Below the pieces are notes generated by a model. It saw only the letters and a list, made by a program, of their open reading frames with translations, did not search any database and was not told the DNA's origin. Positions 37,805-51,849 of a DNA stretch of 64,000 bases are shown here, piece after piece. The first letter of the stretch is position 1. Each line of letters opens with the position of its first letter. Made by a program: the position numbers and the translations under genes. The stretch is from Eledone cirrhosa (Eukaryota), in NCBI GenBank assembly GCA_964016885.1, contig OZ024740.1, positions 221,836,001-221,900,000 of the forward strand. Direction: 5' to 3'.

Positions 37805-38968
37805 TACAATAAAAAGAAATACACAGATACATGCGAATACATACATATACATGCATATACACACATATATCCCTGAATTTGTGTGGTGCCAACCTTAACC
37901 GTTGTTGCTCTTTGATTAACAGGGCAAAATAATCTGAATGAATTAGATTGACTCAATATCAGAGCTATATAATACATTATAAAGAAAGAAGAACCATTAG
38001 ACATAAACAAAAAAATATATATACCCAGTATTCTTCAACTTCCTCGACCGCGCAGTTTCGTGGCTACTATACATTACATCATAGAGATGCAGTATTTTTG
38101 TGAGGTTTGCCCACTTGTCAAGAGTATACCTCATTAAAGTTTCAAAACACGTCCGCAAGGCGTGAGAGAGAATCCCGGAAAGGCGGAGGGGGAACTTATC
38201 ACGTGATACAGCGGTCAAGAAACAGAGTTAAGCCTCTTACAACCAAGAGAAAAATACCACAAATGGCGGAGGGGGTACTAAAAAAATATATATACCCAAT
38301 ATTATGTTGAAGAATAATGGGTATATATATTTTTTTTCTTTATGTCTAATGTTTCTTCTTTCTTTATAATATATTATATAGCTCTGATATTGAGCCAATC
38401 TAATTCATTCAGATTATTTTGTCGCTATTAATCATAGAGCAACAACGGTTAAGGTTGGCACCACACAAATTCAGGGATATATGTGTGTATATGCATGTAT
38501 ATGTATGTATTCGCATGTATCTGTGTATTTCTTTTTATTGTCTATAACTCCCGACGGTAGAGTAACCACAGAAGTATAGTGACTGCAGTCAAGCTTACAC
38601 TATTTACACTTCTAGCCCTCCTTAGCCACTTCCTCTGTAGCCGAGATGTTAATACCCCCTCCGCCATTTGTGGTATTTTTCTCTTGGTTGTAAGAGGCTT
38701 AACTCTGTTTCTTGACCGCTGTATCACGTGATAAGTTCCCCCTCCGCCTTTCCGGGATTCTCTCTCACGCCTTGCGGACGTGTTTTGAAACTTTAATGAG
38801 GTAGTCTCTTGATAAGTTGGCAAACCTCACAAAAATACTGCATCTCCATGATATAATATTTTTGCATAGTAGCCACGAAACTGCGCAGTCGAGGAAGTTG
38901 AGAAATATTGGGTATATATATATTTTTTATTTATGTCTAATGTTTCTTCTTTCTTTATAATGTATTAC
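37805..38968. mobile_element. Family F: ~590-bp non-coding unit with terminal redundancy and an inverted copy (A-B | A'-C'-B'-A')
   Basis: 37805-38040 is inverted at 38307-38541 and partly at 38897-38968. 38041-38278 is inverted at 38651-38900. GAAA-CTGCGCAG-TC-GAG (half HHR) is at ~38877. Confidence 0.8.
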
Positions 38969-38992
38969 ATATATATATATATATATATATAT

Positions 38993-39350
<358 letters not shown>

Positions 39351-39419
39351 GTGTGTGTGTGTGTGTGTAAATGTGTGTGTGTGTGTGTCTATGACCAGTG
39401 CATATAGATCACAGACACC

Positions 39420-39539
<120 letters not shown>

Positions 39540-40179
39540 CACACACGTATATATATGGACCTTCCAGTTTCATATTCACATTATATACATGTCTGTGTAT
39601 AGTTTTATTATCTAAAAATTATTTTTAAGTCAACATGATTTAGAAAACAATATTTTTAAATGGATGTGACCCAACGGTCACGGGTAGTCTAGTATAGAAT
39701 AAAACGTAATTTCGATGACATACACGTAATAGAGTGAGGCCTGCCTATACACGTTTACGTATTAAATGGAAACACACATTACCGTTACTAAAATAGCTTA
39801 TCCACATCGTCGCAGGATGGTTTGTATCATCGCCACTCATTTACTTATTTACCCCATTTATAATTTACAGCTCGTAGTTGTGAATCGAGGGAGGTTTCAT
39901 TGTTTCTTTTTGCATGTAAACGTTCACGTAGAAGCTTTCAACTTGTTTTTCTGAATACATACACTCAGCCCGTGCATTGAATGCTCATATTGGTACAACC
40001 ACAGTAATTTACTGAATCACAGACACTTTATTTACATACATACATATGGAAAAGTGGATGCATTTAACGTACCATATTCTCGTTGTTCGGGCGAGAGCTT
40101 GGAGTAGCTGTCTAGAACAAATTAAGCTGGGGTACCTACATAAACAACAAAGTTGTGAAAATTGTAGCACTCCAGAGGT

Positions 40180-42010
40180 CAATTATATAATAGATAGACG
40201 TAACGGCGGGCCTTGATTATTGGGATGGCGTAGAAAATCTTAAACTCTGCTCTTCATGCAACACTGGACGGATAGCTTCAGATACAGACAACTTCCCAAC
40301 AAATATAAAAACAACGAGAAACAGCAGACTGTCAACATCCTACCACTTCATTAAAACCCACGAAACCAGTGTTAATCTACAGATTAGACCATTTGTCTCT
40401 AGTATAGAAAGACCCCTCTATAAAACCTATGCTTGCTACTTTTCCTGGACAATTCAGCAGCTGTAACGAAGTCATACACAGACTAGATCAACTTCAACCT
40501 CACAAATTTAAACTCAACAGATATGCCTTTAGCCTCGATGTTGTCTCCCTCTATACGACAATACCCGCTCACCCAGCAGTCAACCTAGTGACTGAATGAA
40601 TGATTTCATACAACAGATACTGCTTCGGCCTCACTGCACAAGACATACATCAGCTTCTATCCGTCATCGTAGAAAATGCATATTTCACTTTCTACCACAG
40701 CACATACAAACGAACAGCAGGGGCTACCCATGGAATCCAGTCTTTCAGGCCTTCTGGCCATCACCTATATGAACCAACTGACACATCAAGGGTTTAACAC
40801 CTGCCGCTCCTGTGTTTTCTTCACCCGATACTTACATGATATACTCATCTTCACATAATCCCGTGAAGAGGCTGACATATTATCTACGACATTCTCAAAC
40901 ATAGATAACAACAGAATATTTACCATAGAGAACCCCGAGAAAAATGGTTCCTGGTCCTTGCTAGACTTTTAGCCTATAATAACATAAGATGGTTCTATAT
41001 ACACCAACTTCTATAGGAACGCCGCCAGCAGAGACCTGTTTGTGAATTATAGATCAGCCCTTCCCATTGGTGCTAAAATCGGATTCATAAGAAATGAATT
41101 TACGCATATCCAGAATAAATGCAAGACAGGACAAGATCACTCAAACTGCACAATACATGGATGTACAGAAGACGAACGGATACCCAACATCCACAATGAA
41201 TCATCTTAGGAATCGAAGGCGCCGCAGGCATAAGACCTCATCTAACACCTGCTTCATGAAAGTACCATAATTCAGTTATCAGCAGAGCCATCCGCAAAGA
41301 AGGATTGGACATACAATTAGCACACTCCGACCCTTTGCTGCGTGGATACCTACCTAAAAAGCAATCCAGAGACAAAAACAACCAATGCTCACTGACTAAC
41401 TGCCCTATCCGCGACACATGTATGTGCCAGCAGACACATGTAGTATACCAGATTGAATGCAGCAAAGGTAAGGAGTTCCACATTGGCAAGACAACTCGAA
41501 CACTCCATACCCATATTAAATAACAATTCAACATACATCCTCATTCAAAAAACACATTGACAAATGCAGAAACATCAACAACGATATACAAGTCAATGTT
41601 GAAGCCAGAGAGAGAAATATGGGCAATTTAAGAATTAAGGGAGCCTTGCTGATATGTAGATGCAATCTACAAACCAATAATAGATTAGAACACAGCACAC
41701 AATACTACACACACACACGCAATCTAAACAACATTTCACAAAACAAAAAAAAAAATTGATTCAATGAAATATTACATCGGCAATTGACGTCATCCTCCGG
41801 CTTCGTAACGCTTGAAAGCTGTTTATAGAATTTAAATCTCAATCTAATTCCAATGAGAAGAAACCGGGAAATTTTTCTCTGAGTGTTCCTTATATTCTGA
41901 AGAAAGGAATTTTATGTCCCGAAATATTAGGACGAAATCCCCCCCCCCCCACAAAAAAGAAAGAAACAAACAAACAAAATAAAGATTACCAGGTAACTAA
42001 GTTTTTTGTT
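40180..42010 (+). mobile_element. Decayed Penelope-like element (RT plus GIY-YIG) with a degenerate HHR at ~41893-41935
   Basis: YHFIKTH...IRPFVS, SLDVVSLY, QQGLPMESSLSGLLA..YM, FTRYLHD, HVVYQIEC....HIGKTTRTL. CTGAAGA...CCCGAAATATTA lies downstream. Confidence 0.88.
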
Positions 42011-42149
42011 ACTTTCATCTAACCGCTCATTTTGCATTGTTTAGCCTTATTACATATATCAGCTTCCACATTGTAATTTTGAAACTTAGGCTGCTGAAGG
42101 AAATGATAAGGTTTTTTTCTAAACGTGTCGAGGTCATGGCAACATTTAT

Positions 42150-43140
42150 GACTCGTTAGTGCCAGAGCATCATCACGATATAGGCCCGTTAGGGAATTTC
42201 TCGACAGGGCAGCACCCTACTACAACTCAGACCTAAGCAACAACAGCTTCTCCGAAAGAATCACGTACTCTCCTGATCACCACCCTACATTAATGTGAAG
42301 ACCAAAGTAGGTAGAAAATTTCTAGGCCTCCTAGATCTTTAATTCTCTGTAGGCCATAAATACCGACACATATTTAATAGTCATACAATGAAAATAAGCT
42401 GCTTTTGTACCAGTAAGATAAAATCTCACATCACTGTCAAATGCAAAACCCTTCCACCTTATGGATGCTCATGCAGAAAGCCAGAAACACGCCCATTAGA
42501 TCAACAGTGCAACACTTCAGAGGTGATATATGAAGCAGTAGTAACCTCCAACAACCAGAATCTCCAAACTGAAGCCTGGAATCATGTCGGAATGTCAAAG
42601 AAATAATGGTTTAAAAGCTGGTACCTAAACCCCGAAACAACCTTCAGACGTCTTGACAAAAACCATGCCACTCAGCTCGCAAACATGGAACATTAAATAT
42701 AATGACACAGCACTTTCTATTAAATGGAGTAAATTATAAAATTCCACCCCCAATCTTAATAGAACATTTTGAGAGCTGTGTAACTCGGAAAAGAGGAATA
42801 TACACTCACAACTGACTTCAGAGAAACACTGCTGTAGTCGCTGTCCACATGGGGCAAAATTCATTCCGAGAAAATGGTACAGACATGTTTAACTGAATTT
42901 AAATTCTTCGAATTCCTAACTTTGCACAGCACAAGAAGCCCCCCCTCTCCATTTGTATTTTAAAAATAGTTATATCTCTTCAAATATTTGTCTCTCTGAC
43001 GCTAAATTCAAGATTACTTGCCCTAGAAAAGCCCACCGGTATTTTAAAAAAAACTTATAAATAATCTGTGGAGGCTGAATGAGTTGTAGAGTATAACCCA
43101 ACGAAACTTAAGTATCTGTGTATGTCACTGTTAAAACTAA
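42150..43140 (+). mobile_element. Penelope-like element 3' fragment (GIY-YIG) plus 3' repeat
   Basis: NVKTKVGRKFL.LLD..F..GHKY.HIFN.HT.KIS; CSCRKPE..PLD.QC....VIYEA.V; HVGMS. Confidence 0.8.
43071..43117 (+). ncRNA. Type-I hammerhead with a one-nt core insertion
   Basis: AGG-CTGAATGA-GTTG...CAAC-GAAA-CTTAAG-TA-TCT, with palindromic stem III ACUUAAGU. Confidence 0.6.
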
Positions 43141-43399
43141 TTGTATATGTACACAGACACACACACACATATATATACATATACACACACACATATATAT
43201 CTCCCTAGTATTAGCTGTTTACGTCACCAGGGATGTAAGATTGAAACTCCCTATCTCCATTTAACTTTAGTTAAACAAGCTGGATATCAACATTTACAGT
43301 TAAATACATTTAATTCTCTCTTCTATGGAGAGGAAGCGTATATAATTAAGAAGGAATTTAAAATTTACAGTTGTTAACACATTTCTTACTAATCTGAAC

Positions 43400-45700
43400 A
43401 AGTTAACAGAAAATCATTCAAATGTCGTGTCCTCTAAAGTATTTCTTACTGATTTATCTTGCTATTGATTTATATATGCCAGCAAATTTCATGCATTAAA
43501 CTTATTATACAACTTTGTTTTAATATAATAGTCTATACACAATTTCTAGAAAGAAAGTTAGATATCAAATATTTATTTCCTTTAATTTTAGCATATATTG
43601 AAAATACCAAAACTGAACATTAATAATTTATGAAGAAAGTGCAATGATGATATATAACTCTTTCATAGTATTACATAATCTCCGACCAGCTTATGTATTA
43701 TCCTTCTAATCCATGGCGATGTCTCTCGATACCCTGGCAGTTCAAGAGGGTAAATCATAAATCTACTTAAACCTTGGAATGTATTTAAAATAACTATAAA
43801 TCTGATATATAATACTAACTATAGTTTAGTTCAATATTAGAAAATACAGATTAATTATTACTAATAGGGTTGCCTGGTGTGACGTTTTCGTCAAATATCA
43901 TCATCGTGGTTATATTTCTATATCGACTAGATCCATTAATACTATTCTATTCTACAAGTCACATATTCTTGAAGAAGGTTAGAAATACATAAATCCTTAC
44001 ATGAAATAATATTGAAATGGAAACTCATGTCATAATACTTGTTTATTAGCTCCAGTAAAGTAAACACATATAAGAACGAGCCACCTGGGACCTCCTCTTG
44101 TTGGGTTATGCTCTTTAAGCAGGTTCCATAACTCTTTGAATCATTTTTCTTTTATGGATAGCTACACATTTATTATAGCCTTCAATATGCGTATTTGACA
44201 GGTCATTGTGGGTGCTGACATTGAGGCACAAAATATGCACACAGGTGTAATATTTTTTAAATACCGTCTTTCATTCTGTATTTCTGTGTGATACGTATTG
44301 TATAATGGAATATATAATAACGCAATAAGATTAGGAGTTTATTATGTGTTTACCAGTTTGCCGTTATTGAGAACAATCTAAATCCAGAATAAAGCGGCAT
44401 ATTCATTTTTGAATAAAATATAAACCTCCTTTATTATATCTGTAATGCCGCATGCATAGCTTTAGAATAGCGAACAGCCTTATTAATACCCAGTTGTGAA
44501 CGTAAGCGAAATTTCATACATAAATAACCAGTCAAAATAGAGTTGCTGGATTATTCTTATCATCTGGGGCAGCTATGTCAGAGCGACAGCAAATTAACTA
44601 CTAATTTGAATAGAAAGAATATTCGGGTAGCTTTGACTAGTCCTCAGAGAACAAAAGCAGATAGACATGAATTTTCGATCTAAGAAATACATTTATATGC
44701 CTGCAACAATATACTGACAATGTGATTTATATAAATAATTCATAATACGACATTATAACACATCGTTTTGGGCACGAATGGAATAAAAATAGTTTATGTA
44801 TCCAAGAAATAATGCTAACATAAAATACAACTCTATTTTGGGTTAACATTAACAAACCTAAATGAGACAATTGATATTTTCGATAACATTTGTGAATCAT
44901 CAATTGCTTTCAAAGCTAGTTATCATCTCACTAAAATTCAAAGTTCCTGCCTGCGTTGTACTGCTGGAAACATGCTTAAAAATATGGCTTTTTGAAATAG
45001 ATCAAGAATACGAGGGAAATTTTGACTTGCAAATTAATAAAAAAAAAAAGAAGAAAGAAATGTGAATGCGTTCTTATTCAGCATGTTACTTCAGATTCAT
45101 GTGATTCAACATTGCCATTCACATGATGCTATAAAGAAATCTCAATTTTCTCTCACGCATCCTCATGCACAATGGATCCGGTCAATCTGCTGAGATTTAT
45201 TTTTCTTCTTTCGAACTGTAATGGTAAGGATTCTCAGCTAATTTTATAAAACTTTTATATTATTTTTTCATTCATTATTTCTTAAAATCCAGGTGGCGGA
45301 TTGGCAGTATCGGTAGAGGGTCTGACGCCATGCTTTGACCTATAGAGTTACAGCCCTTGCCATTCTGAGTTCAAATCCCGCCGAGGTTAACTTTGCCTTT
45401 CATCCTTACGGGGTCGATAAAATAAAGTACCAGTATTGTACTGGTACTTTATTTAATTGCTGGCCTTGTGCCAATAGTAGAAACAATTATTTCTTAAAAT
45501 CCATATTTTTGCCATTATGATGTTACAAACACATTTTAAATGAAATGTTTCCCACAATCGATGATTATTAATAAGTCACAAATATGAAGTTAAAAAGAAA
45601 CTAGGAATTTTCAAATGTAATAACTAAAGAGAGAATGAGAAATATAATAGGACACTCTAAGTAAGCAATTATATGTACTGTATCAACTATTCATGTTATT
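43400..45700 (-). pseudogene. Decayed class C (GABA-B-like) GPCR remnant, copy 3
   Basis: DNA paralogy of ~44370-45700 with ~8540-9850 (e.g. AATATTCG.GT.G.TTTGACT.GTCCTC.GAGAACAAA.GCAGAT). Peptides ILTGY, GGSFLYVFTLL (TM2), ICDL...TKT (TM3), CNTMKELYII..HKLLMFSFGIF (TM5). Confidence 0.5.
45291..45490 (+). mobile_element. tRNA-derived SINE with a target-site duplication
   Basis: A/B boxes (TTGGCAGTATCGG; GAGTTCAAATCCC), flanked by ATTATTT(T)CTTAAAATCCA on both sides. Confidence 0.85.
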
Positions 45701-45900
45701 CAGTAACACACACACACACACACACGCATACACACATATATATATATGCAAAAACTGAATGGAAACAACAGAGCAAGCAATACAGTACAATGAAGGAATG
45801 TATTTTCTACATTAAAAACAGTTACAGTAGAAGTCACTAATTCGATTCCATCTTCAAATTCCACTGCCATCTTTTAATCATCTGATATTTACACACACGC

Positions 45901-45935
<35 letters not shown>

Positions 45936-45985
45936 TTTATTAAAATAACAGATTAAAGTTTAAGCAAAGAATCGCTGCTTTCACC

Positions 45986-46050
<65 letters not shown>

Positions 46051-46214
46051 CGTGCAAGTGTGTTTGTGCGCTTGAAAATGTATCTACAGCTATATATCGA
46101 TTCGTATATAAACACACACACATATATATATATTTAAATATACACTTATGAATGTATCTGTATGTATACACACTCACACACACACACGCACACACACGCA
46201 CACACACACACACA

Positions 46215-46263
<49 letters not shown>

Positions 46264-46849
46264 TCATATTTACATGTATATATGCATGTACATATTTACA
46301 ACCTGACTCATGGCGACTAAACTGGCAACCCCACCAAGGTTTCTTTGTGAGGAGGGTAACTTTGGACATCCTGCAGGACTAAAAACAAAACTTGTCAAAG
46401 GGCAAAGGAGCTCTTAAGAGTCAATGGCCATCCAAAATCACCGGGAGAGATGACCCCTTAGCCTTTGTCAAGGCAGAATTCTAGGAGAAGGAAAACTCTG
46501 ATATAACACGTGCAAATCTGATGGTATCCAATGATGTTGACTTGTTCTTCTTTTTGGTAAATATCATCTTGGTTAAGAGAGTGGGAATGGATTTGTGCAG
46601 TGCCTTTGCTCACTATAAAAGCTTCACGGCACAAGCATTGCTTTATATCTGGAGATCTCTCTGCACTTGTCGTCACATGGTACCATGGGCCCAGCACTAT
46701 GTGTCAATAATTGTCACAAGTGTAGTGTTTGTACCAAAGTTTTCAAGTCGCTGGCTGGACTAAAAAGTCACACTCGTTCAGCGCATCAGTAGGGGTTCTC
46801 CTACATGGATATAAAGTAGTGGCCGTACTCGAAAAGGAGTTGGCAGCCA

Positions 46850-46919
<70 letters not shown>

Positions 46920-46926
46920 ATATATA

Positions 46927-46978
<52 letters not shown>

Positions 46979-47036
46979 TATAAATAAAATAAAATGACAG
47001 GAGGCTGGACTGGTGTAAATCCTTGAAAGGTTTATT

Positions 47037-47094
47037 ATACTATGATCATTTCAATGACCGGGTTCCATATGAATCCGGTGATATCATCAGGTAT
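47037..47094 (-). ncRNA. Type-I hammerhead ribozyme (Family E)
   Basis: Minus strand ATAC-CTGATGA-TATCACCGGATTCATATGGAACCCGGTCATT-GAAA-TGATCA-TA-GTAT. Confidence 0.85.
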
Positions 47095-49000
47095 TGGAAT
47101 ATAATAAAGGAATATGTAAAAAACCATGGGTCCGAAAAATCAGAGACAGAGACAAAGAGGACGACTGACCAACTAGCTGCCTTTATCTCGGCCAGTCGCC
47201 CTCAAAGTGGTGGCAACTGAATCAACTAATGAATATCTGGTGAGTGGGCGAAGGCTTATAATGCACTACCACCTCTCCGTTAAAGAAAAAGGGGAAGAAA
47301 GAAAGAAAGGGAGAAATAAGTCAGCGTAAGGGTCACACTACATTCATGATAGAAAATGCCGCGAAAAAATGCTACTCCAAAGAATCTATAATAGGTGTCT
47401 GTATGTCTAATGTGTGAACCGAAGACAGGAACGTTAAACTTATGTTGCGAGTTATAGGATGAAATTAAATTAAATTAAAAATATTAAATTGCAAAATGAT
47501 AAATTGAAAAATAAGTTATTAGAAAATTAAAGGTTAAGGTAGCGAGATTTATTTAATGAACTTACGGAGAGAGTCTTATATGAAAAAATTTATCTCGATA
47601 AGAAATTAGGATGGGATATAGAGTAAAGATTTCGATTGGGAATCCCAGCCAGCGCCCCCAACCATGAGTCAGCCAGCTTCGAGTGGTATCGTCCATCGAA
47701 AGAAATGGAAATTAATTTTTCCGAGTACTCTAGGAACGTAGCCACCTTAGGCGCCGGGAGCGCCAGCGGGAACTCCACAATTTCGACAGGCCATCGTCTA
47801 TACCAAACGAATATTATTAAATCACACATGAGGGGGTTTATTTACGTGCCAGTAGAGGCATGATACAGCTAATAGTTATGCCTAAACCTGGAGTTTATAG
47901 GTATAAGTATAATATGGCGGCCAAAACACGCGGCGCTGTGCGACCGGGCAAAGCAATCCGCTCCGAGTAATTTCGTTTAGCGAAAGAGGAGAAATTTATT
48001 TTTCCGAGCACTCAAGGAAGGCTGAACTTTCCGAGTGCCCAGCGCGCAGCCGAGAAAAGCCACCAGACAAGTCGAAAGTAGCAACCCAATGAAAAGTGCA
48101 AATAGACCAAAATTATTTTAAAGTCCCAGTTAGTCCGGGTTATAAGTAGTGTGGTTGTTAGGTGGATTGGGTGCTATGAAAGGTGCATAATGACCTGAGT
48201 AAGGAAAGTTACAAAAAAATAATAAAAGCAGGATACAAAGATACATTACAAATATAAAGATAGAATACATTTATAAAAATACATTAATAAAATAATAAAA
48301 AAATAAAAAAATATACATTAATGAAATAATAACAAAATTAATAAAGGTAAATAACTAGGGATGTAGAAAGACGGAAGTATATAAGAACGTATCGGAGGGA
48401 TCACAGTGTAGGGGAAATACAATATAGATCAAGTTGTAGTAAGATCATACAGGTTGTACATATAGATATAGAGGATGAAGGAGATGGAATGGTAACAGGT
48501 TGTACCTAGTGTAAAGTTCGGGTCACCGAATTCAGTGTGAGTCACAAAAAGTCCTGAGGTATAGAGTAGAGAATTCAGTCAATACAATACATGTTTTAGT
48601 ATAATACGTAGAGTTTTGTCGGAATCGGAATCATCCCGACAAGGAAGTAGTATCAGGTGGCGGTAGATAAAGCACAGAGCAGCCAAAATCCGAATGGTAA
48701 GTAGATCAGTTAATCCCATGCTGACAATAGCTGTACACTGAAGTCAATGCCGCTGTTCAATATTACATTTTGAAGTGCTCAACATTATTAGAGCATTATT
48801 TCTTTAGGTTTGTTGGTTCACCACTGGATAGAACTGGTCATTCTGTATGGTCAATCCTGGTGTAATATTGTGAAGAGTACTCAACGCAGTGCAGTTGATC
48901 CATCTTCGTTTGTGTAGTAGGTGGTGCGAATACGGAGTTAATTATAAATAAAATAAAATGACAGGAGGCTGGACTGGTGTAAATCCTTGAAAGGTTTATT

Positions 49001-49058
49001 ATACTATGATCATTTCAATGACCGGGTTCCATATGAATCCGGTGATATCATCAGGTAT
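49001..49058 (-). ncRNA. Type-I hammerhead ribozyme (Family E)
   Basis: Identical to 47037-47094. Confidence 0.85.
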
Positions 49059-49784
49059 TGGAATATAACAAAGGAATATGTAAAAAACCATGGGTCCGAA
49101 AAATCAGAGACAGAGACAAAGAGGACGACAGACCAACTAGCTGCCTTTATCTCGGCCAGTCGCCCTCAAAGTGGTGGCAACTGAATCTACTAATGAACAT
49201 CTGGTGAGGGGGCGAAGGCTTATAATGCACTACCACCTCTCCGTTAAAGAAAAAGGGGAAGAAGGAAAGAAAGGGAGAAAGAAGTCAGCGTAAGGGTCAC
49301 ACTACATTCATGCTAGAAAAAGCCGCGAAAAAATGCTACTCCAAAGAATCTATAATTGGTCTCTGTATGGTCTAATGTGTGAACCGAAGATTGGAACGTT
49401 AAACTTATGTTGCGAGTTATAGGATGGAATTAAATTAAATTAAAAATATTAAATTGAAAAATGATAAATTGAAAAATAAGTTATTAGAAAATTAAAGGTT
49501 AAGGTAGCGAGATTTATTTAATGAACTTACGGAGAGAGTCTTATATGAAGAAAAAAAAAAAGAAAAAAAAAAAATATACATATATATATATATATAAATC
49601 AATAATAATGAGTTCAAATCTCAGGCGATCATTTACAATGAAATAGCTCGAAGAAAGAGTATTTCTGAGCGGTGTAATATAGGTTTATATAAATCAATAT
49701 ATTTGATAAACACAAATACCCTCATATTTATGTTTGTATTGTAAATGACCAAGTTAGCTAGATAGAAATATACTAATAATAATT

Positions 49785-50720
<936 letters not shown>

Positions 50721-51491
50721 ACAATTCCATAATTCAAACTGTACCACCTGAGTCTATTATAATTGTTCCTACTTTTGGTACAAGGCCACCTGAGTCTATT
50801 ATAATAACCCATTATTATTCTTAACTGTCAATAAATGAACTAATCACTGAATCAACATCATAACCTCCTAACTTTTCTTTCTTTCACTCTTTCCCTAAAT
50901 CTATTTCACCTCTTTCATTATATCCTATCGTGTTCTCTTCACTTCTAACATAACTTCCAATCTATGAATTTATTAATTTAACCAATACATCATCATCATC
51001 ATCAACGTTTTACGTCCGTTCTTCCACGATAGCATGGGTTAGACGGGTTGTCCTGTTGTGGGCAGTGTCCGGTCGGCTGACCTTGTCATGCTCATACGGG
51101 AACTGATGTTGGCTTGATTTCTACAGCTGGATGCCCTTCCTTTTCTTTTTTCTTTTTTCTTTTTTTCTTTTTTCTCTTTTCTTTTTTCTTCTTTTTCTCT
51201 TTCTCTCTCTCTTTTTTCTTTTTCTTTCTTTATTACTGATGTTGTGATTTGACTTTTCCTAGTATATTACAAACGCCGTGTATAATTTTAATCAGTTTTT
51301 CCGATGATTTGATTAAACATACATTGTATTTAAAATTGAGTGACACAACTTCAAGTGATTAGCAATTTTTAGACAACCTAATCAATGAAACAATTGTTAA
51401 TACTGTAAATAAAACCCTTTTTGTACTGTTGACCATGTTATTCTTCACTCTTTCACCCTCTCTCACTCTCTCTCTCTCTATATATATATAT

Positions 51492-51538
<47 letters not shown>

Positions 51539-51557
51539 GTCCATACACGTATGCATG

Positions 51558-51671
<114 letters not shown>

Positions 51672-51849
51672 CACATATATACATACGTACATAGATACAT
51701 ACATATTGATGTTTAGAAGTTTTAATAACTTGTAATGGTTCGGTATTATAAACCTTGTGATTATCAAATAAAATATTATCTTGTATGTAACACATGCCTG
51801 GATAGATTTATTAATAATTTGACTAAGTATTATATTAACACACGCTGTT

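Larger units (their letters stand above)
46979..49549 (-). mobile_element. Family E: non-autonomous element with two ~605-bp direct repeats (pLTR-like), each holding an intact hammerhead; non-coding 1.36-kb interior
   Basis: 46979-47584 closely matches 48943-49549 (offset 1964). Flanked by (TA)n. No RT. Confidence 0.9.

Noticed and set aside
46290-46855. Possible LINE 5' UTR or endonuclease remnant
   Set aside because: Too degraded to assign confidently.
47023-47220. Duplicated 65-aa ORF (also 48987..49184) as a gene
   Set aside because: It lies antisense to the HHR within the direct repeats, has a non-ATG start and no recognisable domain.
46979-49549. LTR retrotransposon or TRIM interpretation
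   Set aside because: No TG..CA termini, PBS/PPT, TSD or gag-pol. The repeats carry PLE-type hammerheads.
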